Shown piece by piece: positions 56,901 through 64,000 of a stretch of 64,000 bases of DNA. The DNA is from Candidatus Saccharimonadota bacterium (lineage in GTDB: Bacteria; Patescibacteriota; Saccharimonadia; Saccharimonadales; Saccharimonadaceae), in contig JAFWIK010000001.1 in the NCBI GenBank assembly GCA_017514905.1, forward strand, positions 1,630 to 65,629. Reading direction: 5' to 3'. Each line of letters begins with the position of its first letter. The first letter of the stretch is position 1. The notes under the pieces were generated by a model, which saw only the letters and a list, made by a program, of their open reading frames with translations, had not been told where the DNA came from and did not search any database. The translations under genes were made by a program, and so were the position numbers.

Positions 56901-57704
56901 CTTTTCCCAATGGGCAATGATTTCCCGTGATGGAATTACATGTAGATCGTAATCCTTCAGTGTCATTCGGTTTTTGTCAGACAAATTGGCTGCTGTACCT
57001 ACACAGAGCAGAACTTCATGTGCGTCCTGATCTTCTTTATTTAAATAGTGTGCATCACAGGTCACTACCAGCGGCAGTCCCAGCTCCTTGGCATGCTTCA
57101 TATGCCAGTCATTGACTTTTTTCTGCTCCGCTGAGTGAGTTGACGAATCTGGATGTCCATGGTCCTGCATCTCTAAATAGAATCGGTCTTTAAACACATT
57201 GCGGTACCAGTCGATCAACTCGAGTGCTCTTTCGTCATCACCAGCTCGAATTGCTTCTGAGATTTCCGAACCCATACAACCGGACAAACAAATGATCCCT
57301 TCATTATATTTTTTGAGCTCGTCGTGGTCAGTGCGCGGTTTATAGTATTTGCCATACACCTCGGCATTACTCATAATTCGACAAAGATTTTCAAAACCTT
57401 GATTATTCATCGCAAGTAGCGTGATATGGAACCTCTGTTTGTCATGTGCTGGATCGCGGTCCGTCATTTTACGCGCCGCAACATATGCCTCTAGGCCTAA
57501 AATTGGTTTGATGCCAGCCGCATTACACTCCTTGTATAGCTCCACTAGCCCCGACATCGTACCGTGGTCAGTTACTGCTACTGCCTCCATGCCGTCTTCC
57601 TTGACAAACTTTACTAGCTCCGGCACTTTTGTGAGACCATCAAGAAGCGAATAATGCGTATGGTTATGCAAATGCACAAAATCACTCGGCTTCAAACTCG
57701 TCAT
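53979..57704 (-). CDS. dnaE: DNA polymerase III alpha subunit
   Basis: HLHNHTHYSLLDG PHP domain, GPGRGSAAGS, MPDIDTD, KMDFLGL and FNKSHA motifs. Confidence 0.98.
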   Translation of the reverse strand: MTSLKPSDFVHLHNHTHYSLLDGLTKVPELVKFVKEDGMEAVAVTDHGTMSGLVELYKECNAAGIKPILGLEAYVAARKMTDRDPAHDKQRFHITLLAMNNQGFENLCRIMSNAEVYGKYYKPRTDHDELKKYNEGIICLSGCMGSEISEAIRAGDDERALELIDWYRNVFKDRFYLEMQDHGHPDSSTHSAEQKKVNDWHMKHAKELGLPLVVTCDAHYLNKEDQDAHEVLLCVGTAANLSDKNRMTLKDYDLHVIPSREIIAHWEKTCPEAVLNTKKIAERCNVDLQLGRILIPKFPIPTGEDEKTYLDKLVFRGLAYRYGGKKLENTEKLSVEECRKILTEVDKKRDELHKVLPRIDYELSVVDKMGYNGYFLIVQDFINWGKSKRIVYGPGRGSAAGSILAYALRITELDPLKYDLLFERFLNPDRISMPDIDTDIQDTRRDEVIEYCTEKYGKGRVSNIATFGKMMAKNAVRDVARVLEVPYAEADRLAKMVPDPVQGHHVKLSDAIKEVPELKQEYETNPTSKEVIDFASRLEGTIRNHGVHACGVIIAPDDLVKFLPLEVSAKGPIAAQFPMGQVEELGLLKMDFLGLSNLSVINNALRMIRKVYHNDINLSALPLDDKETYELLQRAETTGVFQLESAGMKRYLKDLKASTFEDIIAMVALYRPGPMQFIDSFIRRKHGEEPITYLHPGLENSLKNTYGILIYQEQFMQISKEWCGFTGGQADTLRKAVGKKKIDLMKKVKPEFIKGAVEIGGATEEIAEKFWSQLLDFANYCFNKSHAACYALIAYWTAYLKAHYPDAFMAALMTADMRWTDRLAIEISECKKMGLKVLGPDINESYGDFGIVGGEKTIRFGLSGIKNMGKSLVEDIVIPERDKNGPFKSICDFAKRVDSTKFNKKSWEAAIKTGAFDRFGATRSDLLFNLEAVQAYGAKIQKDVGSGQTDLFGMMGEAGAVPEVEIKTAPTQFPEKEQLLWERDLMGLYLSAHPLDKYDTYFEEQTHPMTYVSEENDGKMVTIGGIITNVRTILTKKGDKMAFVKIENKTDEAEFIVFPSVFAEYGGKLEVDNVVKVSGKVNARDKDGNVTSDVKLLAETIELISDEVLDSYTSTGTKLPAPLAAPTKRGKSSAKRIYTSFDAAERKAYDQDSSSQRVIKEPPKDPRKERLYILIEDSSDTEALTAIRRLADLNAGVQDVVLVLKEGEAKRPLKMPFKVDASEELLGKLKELVGEENVKVC

Positions 57705-57855
57705 ATTTAAATTATACCGCAATTTCCTCAAATTTCCCTCACGAAACCCTAGTATTTTCTCACGAAAATGAGTGATTTTATTTATTCTTATGGTTTAAAA
57801 ACCATACTTATCAAAATAGCCCCTCCGCCGAGGGGCTACATCTTTAGTCGTTTTT

Positions 57856-58125
57856 TTATTCTGCCTTTGGTTCAGCTTCTTTTGTCGCTTTTTTCTCTGG
57901 TTTTTTCTCAGCAGTTTCAGGCTTCTTTTCTGGCTTTTCTTCTTCCTTTTTTTCGCATTTACAGTCCTTACCACATACACAAGTGTCTTCGTCTAAATCT
58001 TCGCCTTCGTCTCCATCCTTATCCATTTTGTCTTTGATGAACTTGCCAGCGACTGCACCAGCCGCCATGCCTAAAAGCGCGCCTAGGAAAAACTTTCCGG
58101 CTCCGGTTTTACTTTTTTCCGTCAT
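57856..58125 (-). CDS. YtxH-like small membrane protein
   Basis: GKFFLGALLGMAAGAVAG helix followed by a charged tail. Confidence 0.65.
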   Translation of the reverse strand: MTEKSKTGAGKFFLGALLGMAAGAVAGKFIKDKMDKDGDEGEDLDEDTCVCGKDCKCEKKEEEKPEKKPETAEKKPEKKATKEAEPKAE

Positions 58126-58396
58126 CTTTTGCTCCTTTCTCTTTCATTTTTTCCTTTAGTTTTGGATTAATATATTTGTCAACGAACATTTCGACTGTAC
58201 CGCCAATCGAAGTCATACCCTTGACGTTCGAGACGATTCCGTTGGTATTTTTGGCGATGTCTTTTCCCTCGATTGCGACTTCCTTTAGTTCTTCTGATAG
58301 CCCAATTAGCTTCACAATTAGAACTATGCCGACGATCAAAAAGATAAACAAAGTGATACTTAGTATCGCTACGATAATCCATTCTGCTACATTCAT
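58109..58396 (-). CDS. Small membrane protein (DUF948/YoxC-like)
   Basis: N-terminal TM helix and coiled coil; SD AAGGAG; paired with the YtxH-like gene. Confidence 0.6.
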   Translation of the reverse strand: MNVAEWIIVAILSITLFIFLIVGIVLIVKLIGLSEELKEVAIEGKDIAKNTNGIVSNVKGMTSIGGTVEMFVDKYINPKLKEKMKEKGAKDDGKK

Positions 58397-58441
58397 ATTA
58401 TTCTCCTTTTTTACAATTATAATACAAATTTTTGTATAAAG

Positions 58442-59317
58442 CTATTTTTCGCTGTGGTAGTTTTCAATGAATTTTCGTACGTCATCGGCATAATCAGTAT
58501 GATCCATTACGTATTGGAGATGCGCCATAAAATAATTCTTAGGATCACCCGTAGTAATCCATTTACCACGGCTGTGTGCTACCACCACATCACCATGCTC
58601 GGCTAGTTTCGTAATCGCATCCACTGTCCAGAGTTCATCGTCTAATCCAGTATTTTGCGGAACCAAATAGTCAAACACTTCCGGTGTCAGTAAATATCGC
58701 CCGTAGCTGGTCAAATTGCTTGGTGCGAGGTCTGGCGTCTTGGGCTTTTCTACGATGTGTGAGAGTGTGCCATTCTCTTTAAGTGCAATCATGCCGTACT
58801 TATGCCATACTTCCTCTGGCATCTCTTGTGCGGCAATTACCGCCTTAGCCTCGGGGTGCTCTTTATACTCTTCAATCAAAGTCTTCACGTCGCCTTGGCC
58901 TAAGATCAAATCATCACTATAAAGTACCACAAAAGCCGGATCATCTTTTACGAACTCTTTTGCTGAGACAATTGGCGAACCATTACCATAAGGTAGGTTA
59001 GAATCCTGTTCAATTACAGTGATCTTCGGGAACTGCATGATTTTTTCAACTGCCTCAAAACGCTCCGATTTCCCCTGCCTATCTAGAAGTGATTTAACGT
59101 TTAAGGCTGGGTTATGAAAATAATCATCATATATTTCGCGCGACTTGGTATTTGGTGTGGCCACGATAATGATTTCTTCGATCCCAGCATCAGCACACTC
59201 TTCTACGCAGAGTTGCATCACTGGCTTAGGCCCAATTGGTATCATAGCTTTGGGAATTGTTTTAGTGATGGGTAGATAGCGGCTTGCAAAGCCCGCATCT
59301 GTAATTATTGCTTTCAT
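58442..59317 (-). CDS. galU: Sugar-phosphate nucleotidyltransferase (GalU-like)
   Basis: AGFASRYLPITKTIPKAM, KYG, VEKP and GRYLLTP motifs. Confidence 0.75.
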   Translation of the reverse strand: MKAIITDAGFASRYLPITKTIPKAMIPIGPKPVMQLCVEECADAGIEEIIIVATPNTKSREIYDDYFHNPALNVKSLLDRQGKSERFEAVEKIMQFPKITVIEQDSNLPYGNGSPIVSAKEFVKDDPAFVVLYSDDLILGQGDVKTLIEEYKEHPEAKAVIAAQEMPEEVWHKYGMIALKENGTLSHIVEKPKTPDLAPSNLTSYGRYLLTPEVFDYLVPQNTGLDDELWTVDAITKLAEHGDVVVAHSRGKWITTGDPKNYFMAHLQYVMDHTDYADDVRKFIENYHSEK

Positions 59318-59416
59318 TTATAAAAAGCCTCCTTAAATTCATTATAACATAAAAGCATGCTTTTAGGTAACCAAAGCATGCTTTTTTGAGCTAATCCCCC
59401 TACTTTAAAAAGTCAA

Positions 59417-60025
59417 TTATTTGCGTGCACGTTTTTTAGTGGTCTTTTTCGCGGCCGTACTTCGAGCCGCGCTATCTTCCAATCTTTGTGCACGGTTATG
59501 TACGCCGTAAATCATACTAGTTACGCCCACGATGATCATGTAAGTGCCAAAGAAGCGAATAAAGGTCGTTACATCGTAATCACCAGCGTTTAGAATCACG
59601 ATCCCAAAAATACAACCACAGGAACCGACCAAGATTCGAATAAAACGGTCTGTCGGATCGACGGTCGAAACAAAACCGTGAAATACGTCAATAATGCCAG
59701 AAACAATAGTGTAAAGCGAAATAATAATGAGGCAAGGAAGTAAATTCTCTTTAGCGTAGAACAAAAGAAGTAGCGCCGCTACGATGTCTACGAGAGCATC
59801 GATTACTGAGTTGACCCAGCCATGCTTTTTTGAAGAGGCAAATAGTGCCCCAATTGTATCAATGATACCCATTGCGAGCAAGAATAAGCTCAGTGTCGCA
59901 ATCATGCTGCCAATATTATTCATGCCACCGAACAATGCTAAACAGCCGAATATTACGGCTACCACTCCACGTAGCACATACATTAGCCAGTGTCTATCAA
60001 TAAATTTTCGATTAATTTTTGCCAT
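59417..60025 (-). CDS. HdeD/DUF308-family membrane protein
   Basis: W...LRGVVAVIFG start; six TM segments. Confidence 0.75.
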   Translation of the reverse strand: MAKINRKFIDRHWLMYVLRGVVAVIFGCLALFGGMNNIGSMIATLSLFLLAMGIIDTIGALFASSKKHGWVNSVIDALVDIVAALLLLFYAKENLLPCLIIISLYTIVSGIIDVFHGFVSTVDPTDRFIRILVGSCGCIFGIVILNAGDYDVTTFIRFFGTYMIIVGVTSMIYGVHNRAQRLEDSAARSTAAKKTTKKRARK

Positions 60026-60130
60026 ATAAATTCCTTTATTACTTATGCTTAATTATAGCACTTGGATTGAAAAATGCAAAAAAAAAATGACGCCTAATTC
60101 GGCATCATTTTTAGTGGTCTAGACAGTAAT

Positions 60131-61162
60131 TTAGACGTGACGAACTTTCTTGCGTACCACTTCTACTATCTTGTCTTTTTGATAAGCTAACGGCTTTAAA
60201 ATCAAATCATGTGCCGGGGTATATTTCAGTTCTTCGCAGCCAAAGGAACGTTTGAACTCCGATACACCGTAAAACCGGTGCGAAGTTTCTTCCGTACCGA
60301 CAATCCCCCACAAATTATAGCGTACGCAACCGCGTTTCCTCGCTTCTTCCATTGCCTGTAAATGTAAAAGCGGCGCCGCGGAGTATTTCGTACCAAGCTC
60401 CGACGAAACTCCGTAATGGTAGCTCGCTTCTGGCCCGTAAAAAATCATAAAATTCTGTGCCAGGATCTCGCCATCTTTTTTTGCGGTGTAAATCAAAATT
60501 TCATGACCTTCACGGAAAGCCTCGAATTGCTTCTTTAAAAAATCCGTTGAAAAGGCTACATATTGTTGTCTTTCGGCGTGTAGTTTTTCTAGTTTACAAA
60601 AGGCATTGATTGATTCGTCGCTGTCATCGGCAATTATTTCGATTTCATTTTTCTCTGCCTTGCGTAGTTTTCGTCGAAAACCTTGTGAAGCGCCCGCTAA
60701 AATCTCCTCTTCGGATTTATGTAAATCCAAGATTCCAGCATATTCTACCGATAAATACATCGGTGCTTTTTTCAGTCCCAGCTTTTTCATTAAATCTAAA
60801 GACTTCTCAGAAAGCTCGAGTTGTGGTCGCACTCGTACAAATACACACTTTTCTTTCTCCCCCTCGGCTCTTATATCATCAAAAACTACCTTGACCAGTT
60901 TTTGATCTTCATAATCTAAGAGTGGACCACCAGCAATTGCGAGGTATCGCCCTCGTTTTGCTGTTTCCACTACTCCAGCGTACGCCCCTACGATTTCATC
61001 ATCTTTATAAAAGAGCCTGCGTACAATTTTTTTACCACGCGCAGCATGAAACTCATAAAAATCAAAGGATTGCAAAAAATTTGCTTCTTTTCGTTTTGCC
61101 ACAAATCCATCCCACACTTTTTTTGACGAAGCATTTTCAATTCTAATCACCGCAGGCCTCAC
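60131..61162 (-). CDS. FemAB/FemX-family peptidyl transferase, paralog 2
   Basis: NFLQS, GGPLLD, FVRVRP, YNLWGI and GVSEFKRSFG motifs; start is GTG 61162 or 61150. Confidence 0.9.
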   Translation of the reverse strand: MRPAVIRIENASSKKVWDGFVAKRKEANFLQSFDFYEFHAARGKKIVRRLFYKDDEIVGAYAGVVETAKRGRYLAIAGGPLLDYEDQKLVKVVFDDIRAEGEKEKCVFVRVRPQLELSEKSLDLMKKLGLKKAPMYLSVEYAGILDLHKSEEEILAGASQGFRRKLRKAEKNEIEIIADDSDESINAFCKLEKLHAERQQYVAFSTDFLKKQFEAFREGHEILIYTAKKDGEILAQNFMIFYGPEASYHYGVSSELGTKYSAAPLLHLQAMEEARKRGCVRYNLWGIVGTEETSHRFYGVSEFKRSFGCEELKYTPAHDLILKPLAYQKDKIVEVVRKKVRHV

Positions 61163-61256
61163 TTTCTTCTTCTGGTAAATGCTCTTCTTCCTTCAACGCT
61201 TCTTCCAGAGTCTCCAAATCCTCTTCGTCCAAATCATCATTAGAAGTTTTACTCAT
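61143..61256 (-). CDS. Candidate 37-aa acidic peptide
   Basis: MSKTSNDDLDEEDLETLEEALKEEEHLPEEESEACGD; SD AAGGAGG; ATGA overlap with the upstream stop. Confidence 0.55.
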   Translation of the reverse strand: MSKTSNDDLDEEDLETLEEALKEEEHLPEEESEACGD

Positions 61257-62248
61257 AGATGCCTCCTTTTCTTACGTGCTTTTTCGACCACTAAATCCTT
61301 GAGATAACCCACTTTTGAAATTACCAAATCGTGTGCTGGTACGAATTCCACTACTTCGCCACCAAAACCTGTTTTAAACGTAGTCACCCCAGCATAGCGG
61401 TGATTGGGTTGATTCGGCGGTGCGATGCCCCACAAGTTAAACCTTTCGTAGCCTTCGGCCTTTAGATCTTTTGTGACCTGCCAAAGTAAAGCGTAGGCGC
61501 CTGGTAATTTCCGGTTTAGTTCTGTTGAAGCAGCTTCGTAGTAATCGCCTTCTTTGCCACATTTTACTATCAATCCGTAGGCAATCTTTTCACCCGTGGT
61601 AGTCTTTGCAATATAAATTGAAATGTTATTCTTAAAAGCTTCCTTCTCGGCCAATAAAGTAGTTTGACTAGGTGGCACAAAGTTTTGGCGTTTTGCGGTT
61701 TCGGCTTGTACACGATGAAATTCTTCGAATAATTCTTTGTCATTTCCCTTTTCAACTTGGATACCCTGTTTCTCAGCTTGCCGTACCTCATAGCGAGTCT
61801 GGCGTCGCATATTAGCTAGCAACTGCTCTTCAGAAGGTGTGAGGTCAATTATCACAGTATGTTCCGCAGCCAGGTGCATTGGCGATTTTTTGAGACCTAG
61901 CTTTTCTAATCGACCGAGGTTATCTTCATTATTAGGGAGTTGCGGTCGAATCCGCACGAATACGCATTTTTCTTGGCGTGCTATGGTCGCGATTTTTTGT
62001 AAAACTTTTTCAGCTAGTTTAGGCTTCTTCCAATCAATTAAGGGTCCACACGGAATTTCTAAGTACTTGCCGCGCTTAGCATCCCTCACAATCATCTGTG
62101 CCCAGCCTTCGCCGTCAAAATCATCCGTTATCACTTTAGCGCCGAGTTTTCTTTGCCCTTCGCCGTATTCTGGTGACTGTAAGAAGTTCGCCTCTGGAAA
62201 CTTCGTGAGGATTTCTTGCCATTTAATATTTAATGCGTCTTCATTCAT
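61253..62248 (-). CDS. FemAB/FemX-family peptidyl transferase, paralog 1
   Basis: NFLQS, GPLIDW, TRYEVRQA, FNLWGI and GVTTFKTGFGG motifs. Confidence 0.92.
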   Translation of the reverse strand: MNEDALNIKWQEILTKFPEANFLQSPEYGEGQRKLGAKVITDDFDGEGWAQMIVRDAKRGKYLEIPCGPLIDWKKPKLAEKVLQKIATIARQEKCVFVRIRPQLPNNEDNLGRLEKLGLKKSPMHLAAEHTVIIDLTPSEEQLLANMRRQTRYEVRQAEKQGIQVEKGNDKELFEEFHRVQAETAKRQNFVPPSQTTLLAEKEAFKNNISIYIAKTTTGEKIAYGLIVKCGKEGDYYEAASTELNRKLPGAYALLWQVTKDLKAEGYERFNLWGIAPPNQPNHRYAGVTTFKTGFGGEVVEFVPAHDLVISKVGYLKDLVVEKARKKRRHL

Positions 62249-63450
62249 TTTCCCTCCTCGATTAAATATTTTTTAATGATTTTGCGCGCTGGGGCTAACT
62301 TTACCTCTTTATAGTGCCTTGGTAAGTTAACAATATGTTCTGCTACAAATGTTGCATTAGGGCATTTTTCCTCTGGAAAATGAACTTTATTATAATAACG
62401 CCTTGGCGACACTGGTCTTTCGTACCAAAATCCGTCAAGATAAAAGCCGGCTTTTTTCAGTTCCTTTAGCAGTTTTAAGCGATCTTCCACTAGGTAAAAT
62501 TCACGTAACGGCATTTTGCTAGCCCGCAAACTTTTTAGCTGCTTCAGAGCTAATTTAGCTTCAAATTTACTTGGTTTTCGCTCTAGATCCAAAGAATTAT
62601 CGGCCGATTTTTCGACCCAGTGTATTTTTATCAGAAGTCGCATTAATGCTCCACCCAGATTTATGTATGAGAGCCCCCGGCAAGTTATTCCGAATAACGG
62701 GTAAAACCTAGCTCTTAGATGATCAGACAGTTTCGGTAGCTTCTCAGGCGCCTTAATTTCGTGTTTACTGGGTGCTCGTAGTACCAGAGCGCCGCCCGAA
62801 ATTGTATCGATAGACTTATCTTTACCAAAAGATAACGCCGTAGCAGCCCCCACGGTTCCGGCCTCGCGCCCATCCCTGTATTTCATCCCCGCACAGTGCG
62901 CCAAATCTTCGATAATCACGAGATCATGTTCTTTTGCGAACTTCTCCACCGCTTTAATATCAACAGGATTACCTAAAGTATTCTGTATAATGATGCCTCG
63001 GATCTGGACACAGGAATTAGAGGTTTCGAGACATTTCGCGACCAACGGGGAGCGAGTTAGCGAGGAGCCCCGTGACGACGGGCGCGACGAAGCGTGTCGA
63101 GAAACCTCTGATTCTGTGTCCAAAGCCATAAGGGTTTTTATGGAATAGTTTAAATCATCTTTCGAAATGTCCGCGAAGACTGGCACTAATTTGGCGGCCT
63201 TGATCGCTTCGTACACTGCGTAGCAGGTGAATCCGTTTACGATGACGCCGTCACCAGGTTCGAAATATGCTTTGAAAGCCAGTGCCAGAGCCGATCGCCC
63301 GTTTTTACAAAGAATCGCTTTGCCTCGGTATTTTTTCTCAAGCCCAGCCGCTAAATTTTCGCAATCCCTTTTTGTCCCTACCGCAAAGGTATGAATTATC
63401 CTCTCCCCCAAAGAGTAATTTGCAGCTAAACCAAGAAAATAATGCTTCAC
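62245..63450 (-). CDS. DegT/DnrJ/EryC1/StrS-family PLP enzyme, with an in-frame palindromic insertion
   Basis: NGRSAL, FTC, PVFADI, IIEDLAH and SFGKDK...GG motifs. Confidence 0.88.
   Translation of the reverse strand: MKHYFLGLAANYSLGERIIHTFAVGTKRDCENLAAGLEKKYRGKAILCKNGRSALALAFKAYFEPGDGVIVNGFTCYAVYEAIKAAKLVPVFADISKDDLNYSIKTLMALDTESEVSRHASSRPSSRGSSLTRSPLVAKCLETSNSCVQIRGIIIQNTLGNPVDIKAVEKFAKEHDLVIIEDLAHCAGMKYRDGREAGTVGAATALSFGKDKSIDTISGGALVLRAPSKHEIKAPEKLPKLSDHLRARFYPLFGITCRGLSYINLGGALMRLLIKIHWVEKSADNSLDLERKPSKFEAKLALKQLKSLRASKMPLREFYLVEDRLKLLKELKKAGFYLDGFWYERPVSPRRYYNKVHFPEEKCPNATFVAEHIVNLPRHYKEVKLAPARKIIKKYLIEEGK
63005..63122. repeat. Intragenic palindromic element, copy C (in the DegT-like gene)
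   Basis: Outer stems TGGACACAG/CTGTGTCCA and GAATTAGAGGTTTC/GAAACCTCTGATTC; core GCCCCGTGACGACGGGCGCGA at 63067-63087. Confidence 0.85.
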
Positions 63451-64000
63451 TGCTTTAACCTTTCTACAAGAGTTTTAAGTGCCCTGGCCAGTTCATCTGG
63501 ATTTGAAATATATGGTGCGTGTGTCCACTTTGAATAAAACTTCAGCTCGGCATTCGGTAACTTCTCGTACATCTCTGTTGCTTGTCGGGGTGGCGTAGTG
63601 GTATCTTTTTTGCCCCACAGAATAAAAGTTTTGGTTTCCACCTTGGTGAGATCCAGGTTTTTATCCGATTCGATCATATTCACTAAAGTCTTTTTCATGT
63701 TTTCTGGCGCGTGTGAATAATCCGTTGAGCCGGTAATTTTATGGAAAGCTTTGTCGATGAATTTAATTTTTTTGAAAGGTTTACCGACTTTGGCGAGTCC
63801 TGCTACGATTTTTTTCTTCATTGTAGGCTCATAAATCCCTGCCGCATCAAGTAATATCAAATACTTTAGCTTATCTGGGTGTTTAGCGCAGAGGTTCAGC
63901 AGGATTCGACCACCATTAGAATGTCCTAAAGCGATTGCTCCCTCTGGGATTTGTTCATCTACCCAATCCACATAATCATCAATCGTATATTCCTTATCCG
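63447..64000 (-). CDS. Alpha/beta hydrolase (5' end beyond the window)
   Basis: GHSNGG nucleophile elbow, ILWGKKD and TH catalytic His. Confidence 0.88.
   Translation of the reverse strand, partial: DKEYTIDDYVDWVDEQIPEGAIALGHSNGGRILLNLCAKHPDKLKYLILLDAAGIYEPTMKKKIVAGLAKVGKPFKKIKFIDKAFHKITGSTDYSHAPENMKKTLVNMIESDKNLDLTKVETKTFILWGKKDTTTPPRQATEMYEKLPNAELKFYSKWTHAPYISNPDELARALKTLVERLKQ

Noticed and set aside
53979-57704. Intein or palindromic insert in dnaE
   Set aside because: No intein splice motifs, normal length, and no SRPS core or nested palindrome noticed.
1-64000. CRISPR array, rRNA, transposase, complete DGR or prophage
   Set aside because: No spaced repeats, rRNA signatures, transposase, reverse transcriptase or phage structural genes recognised.

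Overview
Chromosomal segment of a small-genome bacterium, most likely Candidatus Saccharibacteria (TM7, Patescibacteria/CPR) from a gut or rumen niche. This is inferred from the gene set (DUF5663-like and DUF3048-like proteins, a T4SS coupling-like ATPase next to a sigma-HTH gene, a minimal dcw cluster, a sortase, a FemABX pair and a bile salt hydrolase), not from a database search. It is mostly housekeeping: infB, fmt, def, priA, recJ, rsmH-ftsL-ftsI-mraY-ftsW-murG-ftsQ-like, topA, dprA, pth, der, gltX, metK, xth, smpB, dnaE, galU-like, three tRNAs (Asn-GTT, Glu-CTC, Leu-CAA) and a SAM-I riboswitch. No rRNA, CRISPR array, transposase, integrase or reverse transcriptase was seen. Most interesting signals: (1) a family of GC-rich palindromic elements inserted in-frame in priA, der and a DegT-like gene, with a shared core encoding SRPS[P/S]RG and outer stems that differ at each locus; (2) several unannotated structured RNA candidates bounded by a promoter and terminator, one convergent on a solo PemK/MazF-like toxin; (3) pervasive leaderless gene starts, while leadered stand-alone accessory genes show 5'/3' UTR complementarity; (4) a Bifidobacterium-type bile salt hydrolase; (5) a surface protein frameshifted at a poly-T tract, with a DGR-target-like C-terminus; (6) a dif-like site. 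All pairings and alignments were read by eye. Starts were adjusted from the ORF track where promoter or RBS context indicated it.
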